In this document: one piece after another, positions 1 through 8,242 of the stretch
Position numbering within the stretch: position 1 is the stretch's first letter
How the letters are laid out: each line of letters begins with the position of its first letter
Origin: Desulfurococcaceae archaeon
Lineage (GTDB): Archaea > Thermoproteota > Thermoprotei_A > Sulfolobales > Desulfurococcaceae
Length of the DNA stretch: 64,000 nucleotides
Assembly: GCA_038816475.1 (NCBI GenBank)
Contig: JAWBAI010000002.1
Span: 96,001 to 160,000, forward strand
Direction of reading: 5' to 3'
Program-made: the position numbers and the translations under genes
The notes under the pieces: model-generated
What the model was told of the DNA's origin: nothing
The model's input: the letters and a program-made list of their open reading frames with translations, nothing else
The model's database searches: none

Positions 1-104
1 ATAGGTGATCACTACACGCTTTAAACTAATCATTCTTTTAAATTACCGGAAACACATTATAATATCCCAAAGTATATGCCTATGCTTAGAGCTACTCGAG
101 GCGT

Positions 105-1865
105 GTGGTATTGGTGTTCACAAACAACATGGATCTTCACGACAAGATAGCGGATCTCTCGAAGAGACGTGGTATATTTTGGCCTTCGTTTGAAATATAC
201 GGGGGAGTAGCAGGGTTCTACGACTTTGGTCCTATTGGTGTACTTATAAAAAGAAACATCGTTAATCAGTGGTTAAAATTCTTCGTATATTCGAAGAACT
301 ACGTTGTGGAGATAGAAACACCAATAGTAAATCCAAGAATAGTTTTCAGAGCGAGTGGTCACGAAGACCACTTCACAGACCCAGTACTAGAGTGTTCTAA
401 GTGTGGTAGAGTGTACAGAGCTGATCACCTGATCAAGGACGCTTTGGGAATAAATGTCGAGGGCTGGAGTATAGAGAAAATAAGTGAGCTTGTAAGAGAA
501 AAAGACCTTAGATGCCCCGAGTGCGGAGGAGAGCTAACGAGGGCTTTCAATACGCTTCTTCTATTTGCAACCGAGATTGGACCTTACAAAGGTGAAAGAG
601 CATACTTAAGGCCTGAGCATGCGCAAGGAATGTTCATAAATTTTCCACTTCTACTCAAAATAACCAGAGATAAGCTGCCGCTTGGTGTAGCTCAGGTAGG
701 AAAAGTAGCTAGAAATGAAATATCCCCGAGACAGGGGCTTCTACGACTGAGAGAGTTTACAATAATGGAGTTGGAATTCTTCTTCGACCCCGAGGACGAT
801 GAAACCGTTGCAGAGAATCTTGAAGAGGTTAAAGACGAGGTAGTAAGAGTTGTTACCGCCGATATGAGAATGCGTGGTCTCGAAGAACCCGTGGAGTATA
901 CGGCAAAAGAGCTTGCCGAGAAAGGTATTACTAAAACACCATGGCTCGCGTACTGGATGGCGATCGGCAACAAGTTCATAAGAAGTCTAGGGATACCACA
1001 GGACAAGATCAGGTTCTACGAGAAGCTACACCACGAACGTGCCCACTACTCAGCGCAAACATTCGACCAAGAGGTTTACACCTCGCGTTTCGGCTGGATC
1101 GAAGTAGCTGGATACGCCTATAGAACATCCTATGACCTGGACAAGCACGCTGAGTACAGTAAAGCTGATTTCTCCTACTTCAAAAGATACGAAACACCGG
1201 TGACAATAGCAGTTCAAAAAGCGTACCCCAATCTACATGCCATTGAAAAACTCTTCGGAAGAGAGGTTTTGCCGATCATCATGAAGGGCCTTACAAGTAG
1301 AACACCGGAGGAGCTGTATAAGGAACTTGAATCAAAGGGTTACGTAGAGGTGGAGGAATACAAACTGTCCTCGGATTGTTTCTTTGTGAAGAAAGAGGAG
1401 GTAAAGGTGTATGGTAAAAAGATCGTTCCTCATGTTGTTGAACCTTCATTCGGTGTAGAGAGAGTATTATACATAGTGCTTGAACACGCGTTCACAGAGA
1501 GAAACGGAAAAATTACTCTAAGGCTTCCACCGAGTATTGCTCCATACCATGTAGCAGTTTTTCCACTAGTAACCGGCAGAAAGCCGGAACATCAGAAAAT
1601 GATCGAAATCTCGAGACGAATATACAAGAACCTCGTAGAAAAAGGGTTTAGAGCCCTCTACGATGAAGAAGGTAGCATTGGACGTAGATATGCAAGAATT
1701 GATGAGATCGGTGTTCCCTATGCAATAACCGTCGATTACCAAACACTAGAAGACGAAACAGTAACTGTAAGAGACCGAGATACCACAGAACAGGTCAGAG
1801 TCCCAATAGGGAAGATAATTGAATATTTAATTGACAAACTAGGCATAAAAACACTACTTGAGTAA
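105..1865 (+). CDS. glyS: Glycyl-tRNA synthetase (alpha2, archaeal/eukaryotic type)
   Basis: YGGVAGFYDFGP, LRPEHAQGMF, RNEISPRQGLLRLREF (motif 2), EPSFGVER (motif 3), GSIGRRYARIDEIG anticodon domain. True start may be ATG 129. Confidence 0.97.
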   Translation: MVLVFTNNMDLHDKIADLSKRRGIFWPSFEIYGGVAGFYDFGPIGVLIKRNIVNQWLKFFVYSKNYVVEIETPIVNPRIVFRASGHEDHFTDPVLECSKCGRVYRADHLIKDALGINVEGWSIEKISELVREKDLRCPECGGELTRAFNTLLLFATEIGPYKGERAYLRPEHAQGMFINFPLLLKITRDKLPLGVAQVGKVARNEISPRQGLLRLREFTIMELEFFFDPEDDETVAENLEEVKDEVVRVVTADMRMRGLEEPVEYTAKELAEKGITKTPWLAYWMAIGNKFIRSLGIPQDKIRFYEKLHHERAHYSAQTFDQEVYTSRFGWIEVAGYAYRTSYDLDKHAEYSKADFSYFKRYETPVTIAVQKAYPNLHAIEKLFGREVLPIIMKGLTSRTPEELYKELESKGYVEVEEYKLSSDCFFVKKEEVKVYGKKIVPHVVEPSFGVERVLYIVLEHAFTERNGKITLRLPPSIAPYHVAVFPLVTGRKPEHQKMIEISRRIYKNLVEKGFRALYDEEGSIGRRYARIDEIGVPYAITVDYQTLEDETVTVRDRDTTEQVRVPIGKIIEYLIDKLGIKTLLE

Positions 1866-1880
1866 ACTCCGAGAAGACCC

Positions 1881-2294
1881 TTGGATATAAGTATAGAAAC
1901 AGAATTAATGCGTGGTGTACAAAGCTTGGACCTAGAAAAACCGGAAGAAAAAACCGGGGTTGACATCTCTAAGCTTCTAGCTATAATTCCACCTGCATCT
2001 GAGGTTTTGAAGAAAGAGCAAAAAACTCTATCGGAAAAAAGAATTAGAATAAAGTTTGATAAGACCCTAGTTAAACCAGTAGCGAAAATTTCATCAGTTA
2101 TAGCACATGAGTTGGGAATAAAGAACGGGGACTACGTAGAAATAGTTGTCGCGGGTAAAAAGAAAACCAAGCTTATAGCCGAAGTAATCGACTCGCCTGA
2201 TGTAAACGTTGTAGTAGTATACCCCGAAGAACTGGAGAAGCAAGGAGTCGCCGATAACAGCATTGCTACCATAAGAAAGGTGTTATCTCAATGA
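1881..2294 (+). CDS. Hypothetical protein with a CDC48-N-like double-psi beta-barrel
   Basis: The C-terminal ~85 aa (AKISSVIAHELGIKNGDYVEI...ELEKQGVADNSIATIRK) parallels the N-domain of the Cdc48 in this window ([21 protein letters not shown]...[14 protein letters not shown]). Start uncertain (ATG 1908 possible). Confidence 0.6.
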   Translation: MDISIETELMRGVQSLDLEKPEEKTGVDISKLLAIIPPASEVLKKEQKTLSEKRIRIKFDKTLVKPVAKISSVIAHELGIKNGDYVEIVVAGKKKTKLIAEVIDSPDVNVVVVYPEELEKQGVADNSIATIRKVLSQ

Positions 2295-2692
2295 GTATTT
2301 ACGACGTACTGCATGCTATAAAGAAGTTCGTAGATGAGTGCGAAAACCTCATAAGGGATGGTAAACTAGCTGTTTCACTAGAAGACGTGAACGTGGCTTT
2401 GAGATTTGTAGAGCAGGCTAAAAGTATATCTATACAGATTAAACCTATTCTTGAAGACACCAAGCAAAGTCTCGATGCTTATAAGAACGAGGATGCCTTG
2501 TTCAAGTACATCAGTGCTTACTATAGAACAGCCGTGTTGGTAAGCGTTCCATACGTAGTAATGATACTGAAAAATGTGGCTGGTGTTCTCGAGAAGAACG
2601 GTTATTTAGAGAAAGCAAAAGAAGCAAGAAACGTGGCTGAAAACATCGAGGTCATAGTCAACACTCTAAGATCTCGTAGAGAACGCCAATAA
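2291..2692 (+). CDS. Hypothetical alpha-helical protein
   Basis: 133-aa ORF with ATGA overlap to the upstream gene. No motif recognised. Confidence 0.7.
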   Translation: MSIYDVLHAIKKFVDECENLIRDGKLAVSLEDVNVALRFVEQAKSISIQIKPILEDTKQSLDAYKNEDALFKYISAYYRTAVLVSVPYVVMILKNVAGVLEKNGYLEKAKEARNVAENIEVIVNTLRSRRERQ

Positions 2693-4247
2693 TGTACCTA
2701 GGTTTAACATCTACTACTTTTACTAGACCTCTGCACCCACTTAGACCTGCTTTTTCCGCCTTGGTCTTAACGAACACTACTGGTCCGTGTTTAACTGGAT
2801 AACCATAGAGTTTTCCACCGCTTTCTAAAAAGTAGACCTCAATGTGCTTTCCGATGAGCTTTTTCTTCGTCGAAGCATTGTAGTTGTCTATAAGCTTCTT
2901 GATCCTGAATATCAGCTCCTGGTTATCGCGCGTAGGTTTTATCCTTTCAAACGCTGTTGCAGGTAAGTTTATAAACTTGTAAAAAGTTATTTTCTCTACC
3001 CCGGCAACTTGCAGTTTTTCAAGTGATTTAACAGTTTCCTCGTACACGTTACTAGTTGCTAGTGGAAGACTGTGCATTAGGTAAACATACGGTCTTAACC
3101 CATTTTCACTAAGTATTTTACAGGCCTTGACAACGTGATCTACGCTGATCGGTTTACCCAGAACTCTATCGTTATACCAGTCACACCCTGTTTCTAGCCC
3201 TATGTGAACCGTTGTTCCCCTGAGGTATCTTCCCAGAATCCTACCAACCTCCTCGTTTACTAGGCATGCTTTTATGTTCTCGATCATTACAACAGCTTTC
3301 CCATTTTTGATCATCTCTATGGAGTTCAGCTCATTCAGTAATTCCTCAATAGAGTTTAAATTGGGGGGTGGAGTACAGGGATCAGTTAGGATACCGGATT
3401 CGACAAGCTCTTCTCTCATGTAGTCTAAGAAGTCAGGTCCACTCAGTACTATTCTCCTAACTCCGTGTGCTACGAGCTCTTCTACTTCTCTTACAATTGA
3501 TGTAATGGGTCTGCTCCTGGGATAGCCGAACATGTAGGGAACACTGCAAAAACCGCAACCTGGTGGAATACCTGCTGGACAGTTTAAACGGTCTGTTAGG
3601 TTAGGGCTTCTACACCTATAGCATTCAATACAGTTTAACCCATTCACCTTCAGCATAGGCCTACAGAAGTTGCTGCATCCACGAACAACCTCGACGTAGA
3701 ATCTGTAAACCTGAGGATGCTCGAATGCCCTATCAACCGCTGTCCACGGCTTTATCTTAGCTAGAATATCCTTAGGGGTATGAATATGGCTCGAGGTCAC
3801 TTTGACATGACCATTAACTCTGTAAGCAATCGAAGGCACATGGGAGATGTTTAAGCTGTTTTTAGCGAGTTCTTCAAGTAGCTTATCCGTGGGAATTTCT
3901 CCTTCACCTATAACAACGTAGTCTATGTCTACTTGTTGCAGAAGCTTTGCATACTCGAAGCTTACCGGTCCTCCTACAACTACTGTTCCTTTAAACGAGA
4001 ATCTTCTTAGTGATGATACAAAACGCTTAACTGCTACGTAATCAGAGCTCATAGCCGATACCATGACGACATCGAACTTTCTAACAATGCTCAGTTTTTC
4101 AACGGCTTTTTCATAGGGGAAGAAGAATACATCACCGTGTTTTTCGGCAATACCAGCAATATGGCGTGGACCTGCACCTACAACATCAAACGTCGAATAA
4201 CGTTTTCCCATTGCTCGTGCAAGTGCATCTACAACTGCTATCTTCAC
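2658..4247 (-). CDS. B12-binding-domain radical SAM protein with Cys-rich insert and probable C-terminal TRAM-like domain
   Basis: VVVGGP and VVIGEGE (B12-binding-like domain), EVVRGC...GCGFCSVP, SRPITSIVREV, IGLETG, C-terminal G..VKVVDVKPRYIIG. Confidence 0.85.
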   Translation of the reverse strand: MKIAVVDALARAMGKRYSTFDVVGAGPRHIAGIAEKHGDVFFFPYEKAVEKLSIVRKFDVVMVSAMSSDYVAVKRFVSSLRRFSFKGTVVVGGPVSFEYAKLLQQVDIDYVVIGEGEIPTDKLLEELAKNSLNISHVPSIAYRVNGHVKVTSSHIHTPKDILAKIKPWTAVDRAFEHPQVYRFYVEVVRGCSNFCRPMLKVNGLNCIECYRCRSPNLTDRLNCPAGIPPGCGFCSVPYMFGYPRSRPITSIVREVEELVAHGVRRIVLSGPDFLDYMREELVESGILTDPCTPPPNLNSIEELLNELNSIEMIKNGKAVVMIENIKACLVNEEVGRILGRYLRGTTVHIGLETGCDWYNDRVLGKPISVDHVVKACKILSENGLRPYVYLMHSLPLATSNVYEETVKSLEKLQVAGVEKITFYKFINLPATAFERIKPTRDNQELIFRIKKLIDNYNASTKKKLIGKHIEVYFLESGGKLYGYPVKHGPVVFVKTKAEKAGLSGCRGLVKVVDVKPRYIIGVLYEILEC

Positions 4248-4327
4248 GGTTCCTCCGCTCCGCTGTATACACCTTTAAAATACCTCTTAGCCTATTCTTA
4301 TAAAATGGTCTTACGACGTGATAAGCA

Positions 4328-4996
4328 ATGATTGAAGAAAGAAAGAGCTCACTAGTAGAATTAACAACTTTGGAGCAAATAGTAAATATGTGTAGAATTC
4401 TAAGAGACGAAATAGAAGCTCTGAAAGAAATGCTTACCATTTATGGAACGCTCCACGACGCGGATCTTTACAAGCTATATGAGAGAGTTAGAAGTACAAA
4501 GAACAGAGGTGAAGAACTCAAGGTTCTGCTACTCGAGTATCTCGTAAGAAGCTCCGAGATAATAATGTACTCAGTGAACTACGTTAACATCGTAAAAACT
4601 ATCGACAGAGCAATACAGCAACTAGATGGAGCAGCATACAGAGTGCTTCTAGCAAAAGAGAACAAGATCATACTTAGCGATGAAACTATCGAGATTCTCA
4701 AGAAACTGCTTGAACTAGAAAAGAAGCAGGTGCAACACTTAGAAAATTCCGCTACCAAGTTGACTGTTTCACCTAAATCTTCACTCGAAGAGCTTAATTC
4801 GGTCTTCAAGCTAGAAGAAGAAATAGACGTGATGTTTAGAAAAGAGCTAATAGATATATACAATAGGTACTCTGGTTATATAACAGCACTTCTGATTCTG
4901 AAAGACATTATTGAGCACATAGAAGACTCCAGCGACCTGATCAAGACGGCTGGTGAAGAAGTACGGTATCTAGCACTGGTAAGACTGGCGATCTAG
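4328..4996 (+). CDS. DUF47 / PhoU-like phosphate transport regulator family protein
   Basis: Helical repeat with LEEEIDVMFR and IIEHIEDSSDLI, typical of DUF47. Confidence 0.75.
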   Translation: MIEERKSSLVELTTLEQIVNMCRILRDEIEALKEMLTIYGTLHDADLYKLYERVRSTKNRGEELKVLLLEYLVRSSEIIMYSVNYVNIVKTIDRAIQQLDGAAYRVLLAKENKIILSDETIEILKKLLELEKKQVQHLENSATKLTVSPKSSLEELNSVFKLEEEIDVMFRKELIDIYNRYSGYITALLILKDIIEHIEDSSDLIKTAGEEVRYLALVRLAI

Positions 4997-5550
4997 AAGG
5001 CCCGGGGAAATCCTGCACAGCCTATCTTTTACACAATCGTGCTGTAGTATTCGACTACGATTGTGCTAATAGTCTCTACTGGAGCGGATACTACGGGACT
5101 TTTCTAGGAATTAGTAAACCCAGAGAAAAAAGCTTAAAAGCTCCACTCGAGCTCTCGCTAATTGAAGCACTGTATCTCCTCGAGAAAAACCTTATAAAAG
5201 TGGTAAAGGGGTACAGTAAGCTTAAACCAGGCGAGTTGTTCAAGATAGCTAAAGAACAGATTGAAAAATTCGATGCACTCTATGGGGTTTACGTTGACTT
5301 GAGGAAAAGAGGGTTTGTGATTAGACGTGGGTTAAAGTTTGGATGCGACTACCTGGTGTATAGGTATGGTCCTGGCGTGGATCACGCTCCATTCGGGGTT
5401 CTAGTCTACTACGATGGTGAAAAAATAGACCCTATAGAGCTTGTAAGAGCAGGGCGATTACTTCACTCTGTTCGTAAAAAGCTTGTCATTGCGATATACT
5501 ATGACTATGGGAACATAAGGTATGTTGTCCTAGACTGGTGGAAACCCTAA
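4963..5550 (+). CDS. endA: tRNA-splicing endonuclease, catalytic subunit (N-terminus extends beyond the track ORF; start codon non-canonical or unresolved)
   Basis: The frame is open from 4957 and reads ...SCTAYLLHNRAVVFDYDCANSLYWSGYYGTFLGISKP...LELSLIEALYLLEK..., then VYVDLRKRG, GLKFGCDYLVY, GPGVDHAPF, GRLLHSVRKK (catalytic Y/H/K). Confidence 0.93.
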   Translation, partial: TVSSTGKTGDLEGPGKSCTAYLLHNRAVVFDYDCANSLYWSGYYGTFLGISKPREKSLKAPLELSLIEALYLLEKNLIKVVKGYSKLKPGELFKIAKEQIEKFDALYGVYVDLRKRGFVIRRGLKFGCDYLVYRYGPGVDHAPFGVLVYYDGEKIDPIELVRAGRLLHSVRKKLVIAIYYDYGNIRYVVLDWWKP

Positions 5551-5559
5551 TACGTTGCT

Positions 5560-6009
5560 CTAGTGTAATGGCTTGTGTTTAGTGAGGTCGCTTATATCGT
5601 ACTCCTCGAAGCTTCTCATTTGCTTAAACAGGTCCTCATCTGATATCCTACTAACTTTCTTCTCAAGAGCTTTAGTGCACCTACCATCAGGTAGTAGTGA
5701 GTTGATTCTACATGAAGCATACTGACACTCACCACTTATGCAGTCTCCACCAGTGAGCCTACACTGGGCTACTCGGATGATCCTACCTTTAATTGGCTTA
5801 TTGACTACGAACATAGCGTTTCTAGTGCATACGAATAAAGGGCAAAGCGAGTGGCATCTTTCACCCAGCGGTTGTGGCACTGCGTGCTTCTCGCGTGCTG
5901 TCATAGTAGCTGGTTTTTCGACATAGGGTCTCTGGTGCGTACCCCCTGGGTTGCTGGAGGTCTTCCTAAAAGGATCGTGTCTGGCAATCCCAGAACGAGT
6001 GTTCTCCAT
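5560..6009 (-). CDS. Cys-rich hypothetical protein (probable metal-binding)
   Basis: 8 Cys in CHSLCPLFVC...CRLTGGDCISGECQYASC...DGRC. Upstream TTATAA TATA-like box near 6067-6072. Confidence 0.7.
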   Translation of the reverse strand: MENTRSGIARHDPFRKTSSNPGGTHQRPYVEKPATMTAREKHAVPQPLGERCHSLCPLFVCTRNAMFVVNKPIKGRIIRVAQCRLTGGDCISGECQYASCRINSLLPDGRCTKALEKKVSRISDEDLFKQMRSFEEYDISDLTKHKPLH

Positions 6010-6097
6010 TTATTTGAGCACCTATGCTTATACAACCCCAGAGTATTAACTTGAAAACACTCCTATTTATAACTTCTTTATTTCGAGATTGTTGAAG

Positions 6098-6679
6098 CTA
6101 GGTGCGATCCCATCGTCTGTATAGATTGTGATCAACGCCTAGAACATCAAGTACCTTGCCGACAATGAAGTCTACTACTTCATCTACTGTTCTGGGTTTA
6201 GGGTACAGCGCTGGAGATGCTGGTAAAACCACTGCACCTGCTTGTGCAATTCTGTAGAGGTTACTGAGGTCTATGATGGAGAGAGGAGTTTCCCTTAATA
6301 CGACTACGAGTTTGCCTTTCAATCTCAACACGTTGCATGCTACTCTAGTAATCAGGTTGTCCTGAATACCATTAGCTACTTTGGCTATAGTGTTCAGAGA
6401 GGCTGGAATTATGACCATGTCCGTGTTAACCAGCCTACTAGAGCTAGCAAGAGGAGCATCTACGTCCTGGCTAAAGTACACAGCGTCAACGTCGAGTCTA
6501 GACAAGTAGTCCTTGAGATCCATGTTTTCCTCGAATCTGGCAACCCTTGCAGCGTTTTCGCTGTAAACTACGTAGACTTCACCGTATGCTCTCCTAAGCA
6601 AAGCCCTGTGCTCGAGAAGTTTAATACCATAAGCGATCCCGCTTGCACCGGTTAATGCTACGACTATTCTTCTGCTCAC
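6098..6679 (-). CDS. ubiX: Flavin prenyltransferase UbiX
   Basis: VALTGASG, APLASSS, PASLNTIAKVANG..DNLITR, LRETPL, PALYPKP. Confidence 0.93.
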   Translation of the reverse strand: MSRRIVVALTGASGIAYGIKLLEHRALLRRAYGEVYVVYSENAARVARFEENMDLKDYLSRLDVDAVYFSQDVDAPLASSSRLVNTDMVIIPASLNTIAKVANGIQDNLITRVACNVLRLKGKLVVVLRETPLSIIDLSNLYRIAQAGAVVLPASPALYPKPRTVDEVVDFIVGKVLDVLGVDHNLYRRWDRT

Positions 6680-6777
6680 TACACATCACCAGCAGGAAGC
6701 GAAAGACACATGCGTAATATACTTTACTACTTGAATATAGCTTTAAAGTACTACTTTCAGTTTAGAGTATACCGGAG

Positions 6778-6831
6778 TGGATGATAGTGCTCTACAAGGA
6801 CTGACCGTGTGATGTGCCCGCGCAGGGTTGA
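6778..6831 (+). ncRNA. Candidate box C/D guide sRNA (tRNA-like guides)
   Basis: C TGGATGA 6778, D' CTGA 6801, C' GTGATGT 6809, D TTGA 6828. TATA-like CTTTAAAG at 6741-6748. Confidence 0.6.
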
Positions 6832-7133
6832 CACTCGTTGAGCTATATCGCAGAGTGATAGAGATGCTTCCAAAAGGTATTGACGTGAAAAGACTAAATA
6901 AACTCGTTGAGGACCTCAGATCGCGTGGTCTTTGGGCGGAGAGACACTCGTACAGTATAAGAATAATGTACAATGACCTCATCGTAGCGAGTTTACACTT
7001 GTACCCTGGTTTCAGTGAAGCTGTACTTAGACTGTATGGAGGAGGTTTGAATAAACGCGTTCAGGAGATCGTAGAAGAGGTACTCGTTAAGAATCTGCCC
7101 GGGTTTAACATCAAGGTCCAGATTTTAAGGTAG
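6828..7133 (+). CDS. Hypothetical protein
   Basis: 101-aa ORF, TTG start, convergent with sua5. Confidence 0.65.
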   Translation: MTLVELYRRVIEMLPKGIDVKRLNKLVEDLRSRGLWAERHSYSIRIMYNDLIVASLHLYPGFSEAVLRLYGGGLNKRVQEIVEEVLVKNLPGFNIKVQILR

Positions 7134-7140
7134 GCAGTAA

Positions 7141-8220
7141 CTACACTTTGATGATCTCTGTAGACGCTTTTCTAAGTCTATTCATTACGGTTAACCCTAA
7201 TCCTTTTTCTTCAAATCCCTCTATAATTGCCAAGTCGCAGTGAAGATCATCAAGGTTTCTTAGCACCTTGAACAGATTTCTAGCAACTTCAAAGAGGTTT
7301 TGTCTAGAGCCAATGTCCAATAGGAGAACACTTGTTTCAGCGAGGTCGAAGTACTTGTTTATGGTTTCTCTGGACGCTACAATGCAAATTCTCTGGTATC
7401 TCCCTGCTCTACTCACGGCGATCTCTCTGACAATGTTAACGAGTGCTTCGAGGTTTTCCGAAAGTGGTTCAACGAGGATTAAAGGCGTTTGCGGCGCGTA
7501 ATGTTTGTATTTCATCCCGGGGGCTATAGCCTGAGCTGCTTCCTCGTACCCTCGTGCAAACTCGGGGATGTGTATTTTTGTACCTAACACCGTTTCTAGT
7601 TCTTCAACAGCGTACGCACCGGGTCTTAGAAGCGTGGGTGGTTTCGCTAAGATGTTAATAATTGTTGATTCAACACCGTACAAGGTTTCACCAGCATCAA
7701 TAACTGCATCTATTCTCCCGTAGAGGTCTTTGAGCACGTGTTCAGCCGTAGTTGGACTGGGTCTACCAGCGATATTTGCACTCGGTGCTGCTATCGGGAA
7801 CCCTGCTTCTCTGATCAATCCAAGTGCAACGGGGTGAGCAGGCATTCTTACAGCAACTGTTTCCAGTCCTCCTGTCGCGACCTTGGGTACACGTGGATTT
7901 CTTGGTAGTATCAACGTGAGAGGCCCTGGCCAGAACTTGTTTATGAGCTTGTAGGCTTCATCCGGTATATCCACAGCTACCTCGTAAAGCATGTCTACAC
8001 TGCACACGTGTATTATAAGAGGATTATCTGGAGGTCTCATCTTGGCCCAGAACACTTTCTTAACAGCGTTTTCATCGAATACGATAGCTCCAAGCCCGTA
8101 GACTGTTTCAGTTGGAAAGGCTACAATGCCTCCTGAATGAAGAATCTCGGCTGCTTTCCTTAAAACATCTGCATCCGGATTGCTCGGATCAGTTCTCAAC
8201 ACTAGTGTCATTTCAAACAC
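7141..8220 (-). CDS. sua5: L-threonylcarbamoyladenylate synthase Sua5 (YrdC + SUA5 domain)
   Basis: AFPTETVYGLGA, K.RP.DNPLI, FWPGPLT, APSAN, APGMKYKHYAP. Confidence 0.97.
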   Translation of the reverse strand: MFEMTLVLRTDPSNPDADVLRKAAEILHSGGIVAFPTETVYGLGAIVFDENAVKKVFWAKMRPPDNPLIIHVCSVDMLYEVAVDIPDEAYKLINKFWPGPLTLILPRNPRVPKVATGGLETVAVRMPAHPVALGLIREAGFPIAAPSANIAGRPSPTTAEHVLKDLYGRIDAVIDAGETLYGVESTIINILAKPPTLLRPGAYAVEELETVLGTKIHIPEFARGYEEAAQAIAPGMKYKHYAPQTPLILVEPLSENLEALVNIVREIAVSRAGRYQRICIVASRETINKYFDLAETSVLLLDIGSRQNLFEVARNLFKVLRNLDDLHCDLAIIEGFEEKGLGLTVMNRLRKASTEIIKV

Positions 8221-8242
8221 TTGCGCACCTAGATACTACAAG

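Noticed and set aside
5004-5011. GGGAAAT slippery heptamer near the endA 5' end
   Set aside because: It lies after the DUF47 stop codon, so it would need readthrough plus frameshift. No supporting signal.
4948-5022. Bulge-helix-bulge intron that could create the endA start
   Set aside because: Some pairing exists (GGCTG/CAGCC, TCTAG/CTAGA), but I could not build a proper 3-4-3 BHB.
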